Below are positions 54,803 through 62,611 of a stretch of DNA of 64,000 nt, piece by piece. Made by a program: the position numbers and the translations under genes. The stretch's first letter is position 1. The number at the start of each line of letters is the position of its first letter. This DNA is from Candidatus Aenigmatarchaeota archaeon (GTDB lineage: Archaea > Aenigmatarchaeota > Aenigmatarchaeia > GW2011-AR5). The notes beneath the pieces are model-generated. The model saw only the letters and a program-made list of their open reading frames with translations, was not told the DNA's origin and searched no databases. Location of the stretch: assembly GCA_016193585.1 (NCBI GenBank), contig JACPRW010000003.1, forward strand, positions 263,303 to 327,302, in the 5' to 3' direction.

Positions 54803-55061
54803 CTTGAAGAGCAAAGATCTTCGAGTTGCTCAAAAACCAAAGGGTTTTTGGCGTGCCAAAGAAGTGCAGCTTCTTTTGGGCATGTAGAAAGCACGTGCTT
54901 TCTGAGCACGACGCAGCATACAACAAGGAGTTCCGAAGAACTCCTTGTGTACACAAAGACTTTCGAAGAAAGTCTTTGTTGTAAGCCAAGCGTTGCTGCG
55001 GGGCATGGTCCATTTAATATGGGATACGACGCAGCATAAGCCAAGCGTTGCTGCGGGGTAT
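54803..55061. repeat. Four-hairpin chain + duplicated Z motif, first copy interrupted by double hairpin X4 (54921-54981)
   Basis: Homologous to 42532-42681; local filled/empty pair with TA duplication. Confidence 0.9.
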
Positions 55062-55331
55062 TTAGACAAGCGTCACGTCGCCTGCCTCGACGCTCTCGAC
55101 GTCGGGAATAGCTGCAAGAGCCTTTTCAATGGCGTCGGTTCCGTGGGCATCGGGCATGAGCAGCAGCACGCTAAGCGCCTTGAGGCCGAATGCTATCGGC
55201 TTTTCCTCGATGCTCTGCAGCTTGACGTCCTGTACCGCGCTGGCAGCGCCGCGTATCGCCTCCTTGATGCGTTCCAGGTTGGCGTCAGGCGATGCGGGCA
55301 TGACCTGCAATGTTACCGCAACAGTTCCCAT
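55062..55331 (-). CDS. ef1b: Translation elongation factor 1-beta
   Basis: VMPASPD, IEEKPIAFGLKAL. Confidence 0.95.
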   Translation of the reverse strand: MGTVAVTLQVMPASPDANLERIKEAIRGAASAVQDVKLQSIEEKPIAFGLKALSVLLLMPDAHGTDAIEKALAAIPDVESVEAGDVTLV

Positions 55332-55355
55332 AATCATAACCCATGGAGAAGGAAG

Positions 55356-55514
55356 TCAAGGTCCTTCGAAGTCGCATTTCGTGCAGGTGTAGAGATTCGT
55401 CTTTCTCCTGCATTTGGTGCAGCGCACGGTGGTCGTTTCGAGGCACTGGGGGCATGCGAACTTCGTGAAATTTTCCTCTGACATGAGATTTTCGTGACAC
55501 GTTGTGCACTTCAT
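55356..55514 (-). CDS. Zn-ribbon protein (DUF1610/HVO_2753-like), 52 aa
   Basis: My translation (below the ORF-track cutoff): MKCTTC...FACPQC...RCTKCRR...YTCTKCDFEGP; typical neighbour of EF-1beta. Confidence 0.9.
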   Translation of the reverse strand: MKCTTCHENLMSEENFTKFACPQCLETTTVRCTKCRRKTNLYTCTKCDFEGP

Positions 55515-55631
55515 AGTCGAATCACTCAAGTAACGTGCGTTTATTCGGCTGTAATCTTTTTAAATGTATAATCGCACACCTGTGTAGACGGGCTCCTGTG
55601 GCCTCATGAACAGGAAGAGTGGTTGACGAAA

Positions 55632-55756
55632 GCCCTTGTAGTCTAGCTTGGATATCTGAGGAAAGCAGAGCTTTCCAAGATCTCGAAAAACAGGTTTTTC
55701 GAAGAGGACACGAGGTTGCGGACCTCGGAACCCGGGTTCAAATCCCGGCGGGGGCA
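55632..55756 (+). tRNA. tRNA-Arg(GCG) with a D-loop intron (about 55654-55704) made of a double hairpin
   Basis: CGAGG-TTGCGGA-CCTCG anticodon arm; D-stem GTCT/GGAC restored on removing 51 nt. Confidence 0.9.
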
Positions 55757-56851
55757 CTATTTCTTCGGGGTCTTATACCAGGAGATAGGGATTCCGAGCG
55801 CCATTTTCGCCAGCACGACGAGCACCACCCCGATAGAGAAAAGCGCGAGCAGGGAGGCGATGAATGGCGCGCCTATCGTTTCTGCTGCCGTCAGGTAGCG
55901 CGCAGCCTGATACATGGCAATGAGCATGGCAGCAGCCACGCCAGCCAGCGCAAGCGCATTGCCGGTGAAGAAGAAGAGCGCGGCGAGGAGCGGGATGAAG
56001 GCGTAAAAGTATACGACGGTCACGACAACGGGGAACATGAGGATGACCGACATGAGGTCGGTGCGGCCGGCTTTTCCGACCTCGCCTATGCAGCCGCGGA
56101 CCCAGCGCTCGTGCTGCCTGAACATATGGCCGAGTTCAGAAGGGACGAGCTCGCTTCCTCGAACGCCGGGATGGTAGAGGATTCTGCTCTTGCTGTGGAA
56201 CAGCCGGTGGTTGAGGTTGATGTCTTCGGTGAGCCCGTGGCGGAAGCCGCCGAGATGCATGAGCCTCTTCCGGTATATGGCAAAATTTCTGCCGCCGATG
56301 CCGGCAGTCATGAACACGCGGGAGAACAGGTAGTTTGCTACAGGCAGGAGGACAAGCTCGAGACGTGCGAGGAGCGGTGCCATGCCTCCTTTGTTGGTGC
56401 CTATTGTTATGCCCACGACAACCGGCGTTTCATCAGACAGCGATGACGCGATGGCCGCGAATGCGCCCCGTTCCGGCGTCGTGTCGGCATCGAGGAAATA
56501 CAGCACCTCATTTCCCGCTTTTCTGATGCCTATGTTGAGTGCGGCGCCCTTTCCCGAACAGCGCGTGTCCCTGCAAATCTTTGCGCGGTAGGTTCGTGCA
56601 GCCCGCGCGACGTCCTTCTCTCCGGTGCTGTCGATGACGATGATTTCTATCGACCGCTGCGGGTAATCAGCCGCCCTGATTGCGGCGAGTGTCTTCCTGA
56701 GAATCCGTCCCTTCTCGGCATTCGCAATGAGGACGGAAAACGTCGGCCGCCCTGCGCGCCGGCGCGGTTCGTAGGGAACCAGCATGCAGAGGAGCATTGC
56801 AGCATATACCGCCGTAAATCCTGCGCCAACAAGGGCGGCAATGTCTGCCAT
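55757..56851 (-). CDS. Membrane GT2 glycosyltransferase
   Basis: GKGAALN, FLDADT, TEDI, RQHERWVRG; start reassigned. Confidence 0.88.
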   Translation of the reverse strand: MADIAALVGAGFTAVYAAMLLCMLVPYEPRRRAGRPTFSVLIANAEKGRILRKTLAAIRAADYPQRSIEIIVIDSTGEKDVARAARTYRAKICRDTRCSGKGAALNIGIRKAGNEVLYFLDADTTPERGAFAAIASSLSDETPVVVGITIGTNKGGMAPLLARLELVLLPVANYLFSRVFMTAGIGGRNFAIYRKRLMHLGGFRHGLTEDINLNHRLFHSKSRILYHPGVRGSELVPSELGHMFRQHERWVRGCIGEVGKAGRTDLMSVILMFPVVVTVVYFYAFIPLLAALFFFTGNALALAGVAAAMLIAMYQAARYLTAAETIGAPFIASLLALFSIGVVLVVLAKMALGIPISWYKTPKK

Positions 56852-56885
56852 GCAGATAGTTGCAGCAACGAGAATAAAAAAGGTG

Positions 56886-57740
56886 TTACCCGGCCAGGTT
56901 AATCCATAGGAGATGAAGAAAAACGATGGAAAATCCGATGACAAGAAGGAACCTGATTTTCTTGTCGCGGGCAATGAACGCAGCGCCGTTGATGCGGGGG
57001 GAGCGGTACGTTTTCACGAGGAAATTGAGGTAGACTGCTACGGGGACAAGCGTGGCGAAAACGTACAGCGGGAAGTAGAGGTACGTGATGAGGGCGAACA
57101 ACAGGATTGAGGCGGCGTACAGCACGATGACGAGCAGGATGCTGTTGCGGATGCCGAGCGTGCACACGGTATTCCTGAAACCCGCCTTCTTGTCGTACGC
57201 GAAGTCCCGTATCTCGCCGTAGAGCGCCTGCACGACCGAGAATATGAACATGAGCAGCGAGAAAAGCGCTATCATGGAATCGGCAGGAGCAAACAGGAGA
57301 TAGCCGATGAGGATGACGACAGAACCCATGGCGCCGTGGGTTGCCACGTCGATGAGGAAGCGTTCCTTGAACCTGAACGGCTTTGCCGAGTACAAAAAGC
57401 TGATGGTCATCGAGGCGAGGAACAGGTGGAGGATGAAAGACGGCAGCAGGAAGTAGACGATGGAGAACGCGATGGCAAGAGAGGCTGCCGCAAGTCCAAG
57501 CGCCGCCCCTTTGCTGAGCTTGCCCTTGGCGATGGGGTTGGTGTTGTTCTTCTTGAAGCGGTCGTACGGTGCGTCGAAATAGTCGTTTATTATAAAATAG
57601 GAGGACGTGGCGAACAGGAACGCCGCGAAGATGGCAATCAGCGGTCCCGGAGCCGCGGCGTACGACAGCAGCGCACCGAGAAGGATGACGCTGAAATCAG
57701 GCAGCCACTCGCCGATGCGCGTGACCTTGAGAGGGTCCAT
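56886..57740 (-). CDS. UbiA-family prenyltransferase
   Basis: INDYFD..YD, YSAKP.RFK, EIRDF.YD. Confidence 0.88.
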   Translation of the reverse strand: MDPLKVTRIGEWLPDFSVILLGALLSYAAAPGPLIAIFAAFLFATSSYFIINDYFDAPYDRFKKNNTNPIAKGKLSKGAALGLAAASLAIAFSIVYFLLPSFILHLFLASMTISFLYSAKPFRFKERFLIDVATHGAMGSVVILIGYLLFAPADSMIALFSLLMFIFSVVQALYGEIRDFAYDKKAGFRNTVCTLGIRNSILLVIVLYAASILLFALITYLYFPLYVFATLVPVAVYLNFLVKTYRSPRINGAAFIARDKKIRFLLVIGFSIVFLHLLWINLAG

Positions 57741-57783
57741 GTGGTAGTAATCCTCAAAAAAGGTTAAAATAGTTCATAGGGCG

Positions 57784-58134
57784 ATGAGTATAATGAGTTA
57801 CGGCATTATTCTCGCCATTCTGGCATCGCTGTTCGTGGCAGTGTCGTTTTACTACCAGCGTATAGCCCTCAAGAGGATGAGGAAGTTCTCTGTCCGCGGC
57901 ATGCTCCTGTCAAGGACGTGGCTTTTCGGACTCGTGATAGTCGGCGGCATTTCATTCATATTTTATCTGCTGGCGCTGAGGAGCGAGCGGGTGGCGCTTG
58001 TGCAGCCGCTCATGAATGCCTCGATTGTGTTCTCCCTGCTGCTCGGGCATTTTCTCCTCAGGGAACGCATAACGAACAAGGAGCTCGCGAGCATCGTTGT
58101 CGTGTTCCTGGGTATTATGCTGACCGCGGCGTGA
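57784..58134 (+). CDS. EamA/DMT family transporter subunit
   Basis: 4 TM, VQPL, LLRERIT. Confidence 0.82.
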   Translation: MSIMSYGIILAILASLFVAVSFYYQRIALKRMRKFSVRGMLLSRTWLFGLVIVGGISFIFYLLALRSERVALVQPLMNASIVFSLLLGHFLLRERITNKELASIVVVFLGIMLTAA

Positions 58135-58475
58135 TGCGTATGAACCCGAGCGTCCATGCAACCATTGCTGGTGTTCTCATCGGCGCCGGCGCAGTTTTTC
58201 TCAAGCTCTTTCTGGAGGGCTTGCAGTTCCCCATAGCGCTCGCGAGCCTCGTGCTCGGCCTTGTGGGAGGTTACCTGCTCCAGTACAGCCTGAAGAACCA
58301 GAAGATGCATGTAGTCGCCTCGCTAAGCTCCGGGTCGTCGTCGCTTGTTTCAGCAGTCGGCGGCATAGCTCTGCTCCAGGAAACGCTTTCGTTGCAGGAA
58401 GCAGCGGGCATCGCCTTTATAATAATTGGCATCGTCTCATTGCTGTATACCGGCGGCAAAAAACGGAAACAATGA
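58134..58475 (+). CDS. EamA/DMT family transporter subunit
   Basis: 4 TM, LLQETLS; TGATG coupling to the previous gene. Confidence 0.75.
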   Translation: MRMNPSVHATIAGVLIGAGAVFLKLFLEGLQFPIALASLVLGLVGGYLLQYSLKNQKMHVVASLSSGSSSLVSAVGGIALLQETLSLQEAAGIAFIIIGIVSLLYTGGKKRKQ

Positions 58476-59503
58476 TGGTATGTATGGTGAGGGTAAATTT
58501 TATCGTCGAGGGCATGGGACTGGCCAGAGGCAGCGGCGTTTATTCAGCGGCCTCCCGCCTTGCATCGTTCCTCAGGGACGAGGGGGTGGACGTCGACATC
58601 AACGGAAGGGGGTATACGTACGACATCATGCATTCCCATACCCCGCTCTTGTTCTCGCTCATGAAGCTGAGGAAGGCGAAAAAGCACGGCGTCAAAATCA
58701 TAACGCATGCCCACACGACTGCTGAAGATGCGAAAGGCAGCTGGACGCTTACCGAAAGCGACAGCGTTCTCAACATGGTCGGCAAGTACCTGACGTTCTT
58801 CTACAATAACGCTGATCTTGTCCTGACACCGAGCCAGTGGACGAAGGAAACGCTCATGAAGCGGCACGTGGTGAAGCCCATCAGGGTTATAAGCAACGGC
58901 ATCGACCGGGAGATTTTCAGGTTCAGCAGAGCAGGAAGAAAGCAGTTCAGGGACCATTACGGCATCACGGGCACAGAGACCGTTGTGTACTGCGTCGGGC
59001 TCATCTACATCCGTAAAGGAATAGAGCAGTTCGTGGAGGTTGCACGGAGGTTTCCCGGCGTCAGGTTCGTCTGGATAGGGAAGCGCTACCCGTCTTTTTT
59101 CATCGGGTTCTCGAAGATAGCGAAAATACTCAACGGCATGCCGGACAACGTCCACCTGCTCGGTTATGTCGACGACATCGTGGCCGCCCATTCCGGTTGC
59201 GATGCGCTTTTCTTCCCGTCATATGTGGAGAACCAGGGAATCACGGTTCTCGAGGCGCTCGCCTGCGGCAGGCCCGTCGTGGTGAGGGATTTGCCAAGCT
59301 ACAGGAGCTGGGGATTTGTGCACGGGCAGGATTGCATGATGGGGTCATCCGTAGACAATTTTACGGTGCACATCGAAAATGTCATCCGGGACGCGAAGTT
59401 GAGAAGCAGGCTTGCACGAAACGGCAGCAGGCATGCGGAACGGCACGACATCCGTCATGTCGCGGCAGAGCTCGCGGAGATATACGAAACGCTTGCGGAC
59501 TGA
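58472..59503 (+). CDS. GT4 glycosyltransferase (CpoA/LafB-like)
   Basis: GSGVYSA, RKG, FPSYVENQGITVLEA. Confidence 0.88.
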   Translation: MMVCMVRVNFIVEGMGLARGSGVYSAASRLASFLRDEGVDVDINGRGYTYDIMHSHTPLLFSLMKLRKAKKHGVKIITHAHTTAEDAKGSWTLTESDSVLNMVGKYLTFFYNNADLVLTPSQWTKETLMKRHVVKPIRVISNGIDREIFRFSRAGRKQFRDHYGITGTETVVYCVGLIYIRKGIEQFVEVARRFPGVRFVWIGKRYPSFFIGFSKIAKILNGMPDNVHLLGYVDDIVAAHSGCDALFFPSYVENQGITVLEALACGRPVVVRDLPSYRSWGFVHGQDCMMGSSVDNFTVHIENVIRDAKLRSRLARNGSRHAERHDIRHVAAELAEIYETLAD

Positions 59504-60574
59504 TTATTTGTTCTTCCTGGCGAGAAGCGTTGTGTAGACGCCCAGTAACTTCCGGGACATGCGGTCCATGCTATGCAACCGCACCGCCCGCGCTGCGTTG
59601 CGCCTCAGGCGCTTTCTCAGGCGCTTGTCGTAGACAGCCCTGCGGATGCGCTCGCCAAATTCGCTTCTCCTGGCAACAATGCCGGTGCCGTATGCGCGGA
59701 CGAACGAGGCAAGGACCGGCGTGTCAAGCACGACAACGGGAAGGGCAAAGGACGCTGCCTCAAGGAGAACGATTCCCTGCGTTTCGGTCTCCGACGCAAG
59801 AACGAAGACATCAGCAGCGGCGTAGAGCTTTTCCAGGTCGTCCTGGCTGAGGTATCCGGTAAACAGCACGTTCTCCATGCCGGCTGCATGCTCCTCGAGC
59901 CGCTCCCGGTAAGGCCCGTCTGAAGCGATAATGAGCTTGATGCGTCTGTCCCGGAGCTGCCGTACCGCGTCGATGACAAGCTCGATGTTCTTCTCTTTCG
60001 AGAGCCTGCCGACATGGAGCACGACCTTGTCGTTTGCATGGATGCCGAATCTCCGCCGCGCTCTCGGTATCCGCCCGCGCGGTTCGATGCCTGTCGGAAC
60101 GACCGTGATGTTTCTGATGCCCTGCCGCTCCAGAACGCTCCGCGTTTCCTCCGACGGGACGATGACGGCGTCGCAGCTGTTGTAGAACCACTTCGTGTAG
60201 TTCCATACGCACCACCGCAGCACGGACTGGAGCATGCCGTTGCCCGTTACGTAATGCACGTACGCGGGAAGCAGCGTGTGATAGGACCCGACGACGGGGA
60301 TGCGATTCCGCTTCGCCGCGATGAGCCCCGCGATGCCGGCGGTGGCTGGCGTGTGGACATGGATGATGCTGAACGTTCTGAAGCAGGTGCTCGCGAAGGA
60401 CAAGGGAAAGGAAACCTTGTACTCGGGATACGGGGGGAAACGCACGGAAAAAAAGCGGTCAGGAGAGAACACCTCCACGTCCGCAGCGAGGTGCCGCCTG
60501 AACAGCTGAATAGACGAGACAACGCCGTTTATCTGGGGGGTGTAGGTATCGGTGAAAAAAGCCACCTTGAGCAT
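59504..60574 (-). CDS. GT4 glycosyltransferase (1,2-diacylglycerol glucosyltransferase/LafA-like)
   Basis: FTDTYTPQINGV, GRLSKEKN, SETETQGIVLLEA. Confidence 0.9.
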   Translation of the reverse strand: MLKVAFFTDTYTPQINGVVSSIQLFRRHLAADVEVFSPDRFFSVRFPPYPEYKVSFPLSFASTCFRTFSIIHVHTPATAGIAGLIAAKRNRIPVVGSYHTLLPAYVHYVTGNGMLQSVLRWCVWNYTKWFYNSCDAVIVPSEETRSVLERQGIRNITVVPTGIEPRGRIPRARRRFGIHANDKVVLHVGRLSKEKNIELVIDAVRQLRDRRIKLIIASDGPYRERLEEHAAGMENVLFTGYLSQDDLEKLYAAADVFVLASETETQGIVLLEAASFALPVVVLDTPVLASFVRAYGTGIVARRSEFGERIRRAVYDKRLRKRLRRNAARAVRLHSMDRMSRKLLGVYTTLLARKNK

Positions 60575-60599
60575 AGAGTAGTTATGGTATACGTAAGCT

Positions 60600-62558
60600 T
60601 TAAGTTACGACGCTCGTCACCAGCGGCTCGAACACGTAGAGAGTGACGGCGAGCGTGACAACGAACACGACGAAGCCGATGATAAGCGATTGGGCGATGA
60701 TGTGCTGCCTGCCGATTCTGTCCTCGCCGTTCTCTATGCCGTTGATGAAGATGCCGAGGACGAAGGCGCTCTCAATGAGGTACACGCCAACAACGAGCGT
60801 GAATTCGAAGGGTGATACGCTCACATTCCTCAGGGACTGGAAGAAGGGAACTATCTGTCCGGGAGCGCCCCCTATTTTCGCGGCGAGGTTCTCGATTATT
60901 TCCAGCATGATGATGGTCAGCGTCACCACGACGCCCGATATGAGCGGGGAAAGGAAGTAGGTCTGGAATTTCATGGCGCTGAGCGGCTCGGAAAGCTCTT
61001 CCCGTATCTCCTCCTGCGTCCGGTGCAGTCCCCGCAGGTATTCCGACACGGCGAGCATGGCAAGCGAAGCGCTCCGCGCACCCTTTTCCGAGCTTTCCAC
61101 GATCGTTCTCATAACCGATTTTATAAGGCGCGACGGGAAAAACCTGACCGCGCCGTACGTCTTGTCAAAGAACGCCTGCCTGAATGTCATGCCGAGAGCC
61201 CGCATGTTGGTCAGCGCGCGCGAGAACAGTTCCTTTACCTTCAGGTTTTTGGAGTGGTTGACCGACTGCGTGACGGACATCTCTACCGGAACTCCTGTGT
61301 ATATCTGGTTCCCCATCTGGAACAGGGTTTCAGCGAACTCGCTTTCGATTTCTCGCGTCTTCTCGCGGACCGACATGCGCTGGAACGAGAGCAGGTGATA
61401 GTACAGGGCGATGCTTGCTGTGGCGCCGCCTATGATGACCATCGAGGCGAGAATGCCGCGCGGGTCGCTGCTGTAGAGGAGCAGCCCTGCTGCCATCGAA
61501 ACACCGGCAACCACTGCTGCCGGTATCCATGCAGGGATTGCTTTCCCGGAGAAAAAGAACGAGCCTTCCGGAGGCACGTCAGGATTTTCCGATATGTCTA
61601 TTTTGCTGAACGTCGACGGACGCGTCTCGAGTATGTTGGTGATGACGAAGAGGAGGACAAGCGGCAGCACGATGTCATAGCCGATGAAGAGGATGAACGG
61701 CCCGACGCCGAGAAAGATGGCCACAAGCGGGAAGATGACGAGACCGAGAACAGGAAGGATGATTCCCAGCGCATGGACAACGAGCACCGGCATCCTGAGC
61801 CTCTGGTTGAAATGTTTTGTCCTGTCGCGGTTCCCTTCGAGGATGATTGATACCGCTTCACTGAGCAGCGCAACGCGCCTGTCTCCCAGTTGCCGCAGCG
61901 ACGTCACGATAAGGTCGATAGACTCCGTAAACTCCCTGTTTTCTTTCCATTTCCTGGCGTAATCGATGAGCGCATCTTCCATGGTCAAGTAATTCCCGAC
62001 ATGGACATCCCACATGAGCTTCTTGAGCTCGTAGCTGAGGCTCCCTGTCACATTGTCCGCGGCGAACCGCACCGCTCCCTCGAGGCTTGGCGTGTTGCGC
62101 ATGTACATGGCGATATAGAGAATCATCGAGACTATCTCAGAGCCTGCGTCCATTTCATACCGCCTGCGGAGATGCACAGGGTACATGTAGAGGTAGTAGA
62201 CGAACGGCAGAGCGAGCATGAGAAGAATCATGCCGCTGCCAAACGTGACAGGATTCGCATACAGAGGCTTTCCGTCTATGATGAGCATGTTGAGTGTCAT
62301 GAGAACGAACGTCGGAATCGTGACGAGTGCGGTGAAAAGCATGGTGAGGGAGGCGATGCCCCTCGGCGTCGCTTTGAGATGGGAGAACGTGATGGCGTCT
62401 TCGAAGCGCTTTGCCGTCTGCTTGTCCGGGTCTATATGCAGGTTTTCGGCAAGCTTGCACGCCTTCTCGTAGAGGGTCCTCGGCAGCGACTGTACGCGCT
62501 CCTCTTCGAGGAAGATTTTGTACTCCCGCGATTCATACCGGTCGTCGCGCAAATCCAT
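60600..62558 (-). CDS. Large T2SS-F/TadC-like pilus platform membrane protein
   Basis: Duplicated T2SSF-type helical and TM architecture, downstream of an ATPase. Confidence 0.8.
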   Translation of the reverse strand: MDLRDDRYESREYKIFLEEERVQSLPRTLYEKACKLAENLHIDPDKQTAKRFEDAITFSHLKATPRGIASLTMLFTALVTIPTFVLMTLNMLIIDGKPLYANPVTFGSGMILLMLALPFVYYLYMYPVHLRRRYEMDAGSEIVSMILYIAMYMRNTPSLEGAVRFAADNVTGSLSYELKKLMWDVHVGNYLTMEDALIDYARKWKENREFTESIDLIVTSLRQLGDRRVALLSEAVSIILEGNRDRTKHFNQRLRMPVLVVHALGIILPVLGLVIFPLVAIFLGVGPFILFIGYDIVLPLVLLFVITNILETRPSTFSKIDISENPDVPPEGSFFFSGKAIPAWIPAAVVAGVSMAAGLLLYSSDPRGILASMVIIGGATASIALYYHLLSFQRMSVREKTREIESEFAETLFQMGNQIYTGVPVEMSVTQSVNHSKNLKVKELFSRALTNMRALGMTFRQAFFDKTYGAVRFFPSRLIKSVMRTIVESSEKGARSASLAMLAVSEYLRGLHRTQEEIREELSEPLSAMKFQTYFLSPLISGVVVTLTIIMLEIIENLAAKIGGAPGQIVPFFQSLRNVSVSPFEFTLVVGVYLIESAFVLGIFINGIENGEDRIGRQHIIAQSLIIGFVVFVVTLAVTLYVFEPLVTSVVT

Positions 62559-62611
62559 GAGATTACTTGTGGTTCTGTCCTAATAAATAGGATTCCGGGA
62601 AAGAGGGCTTT

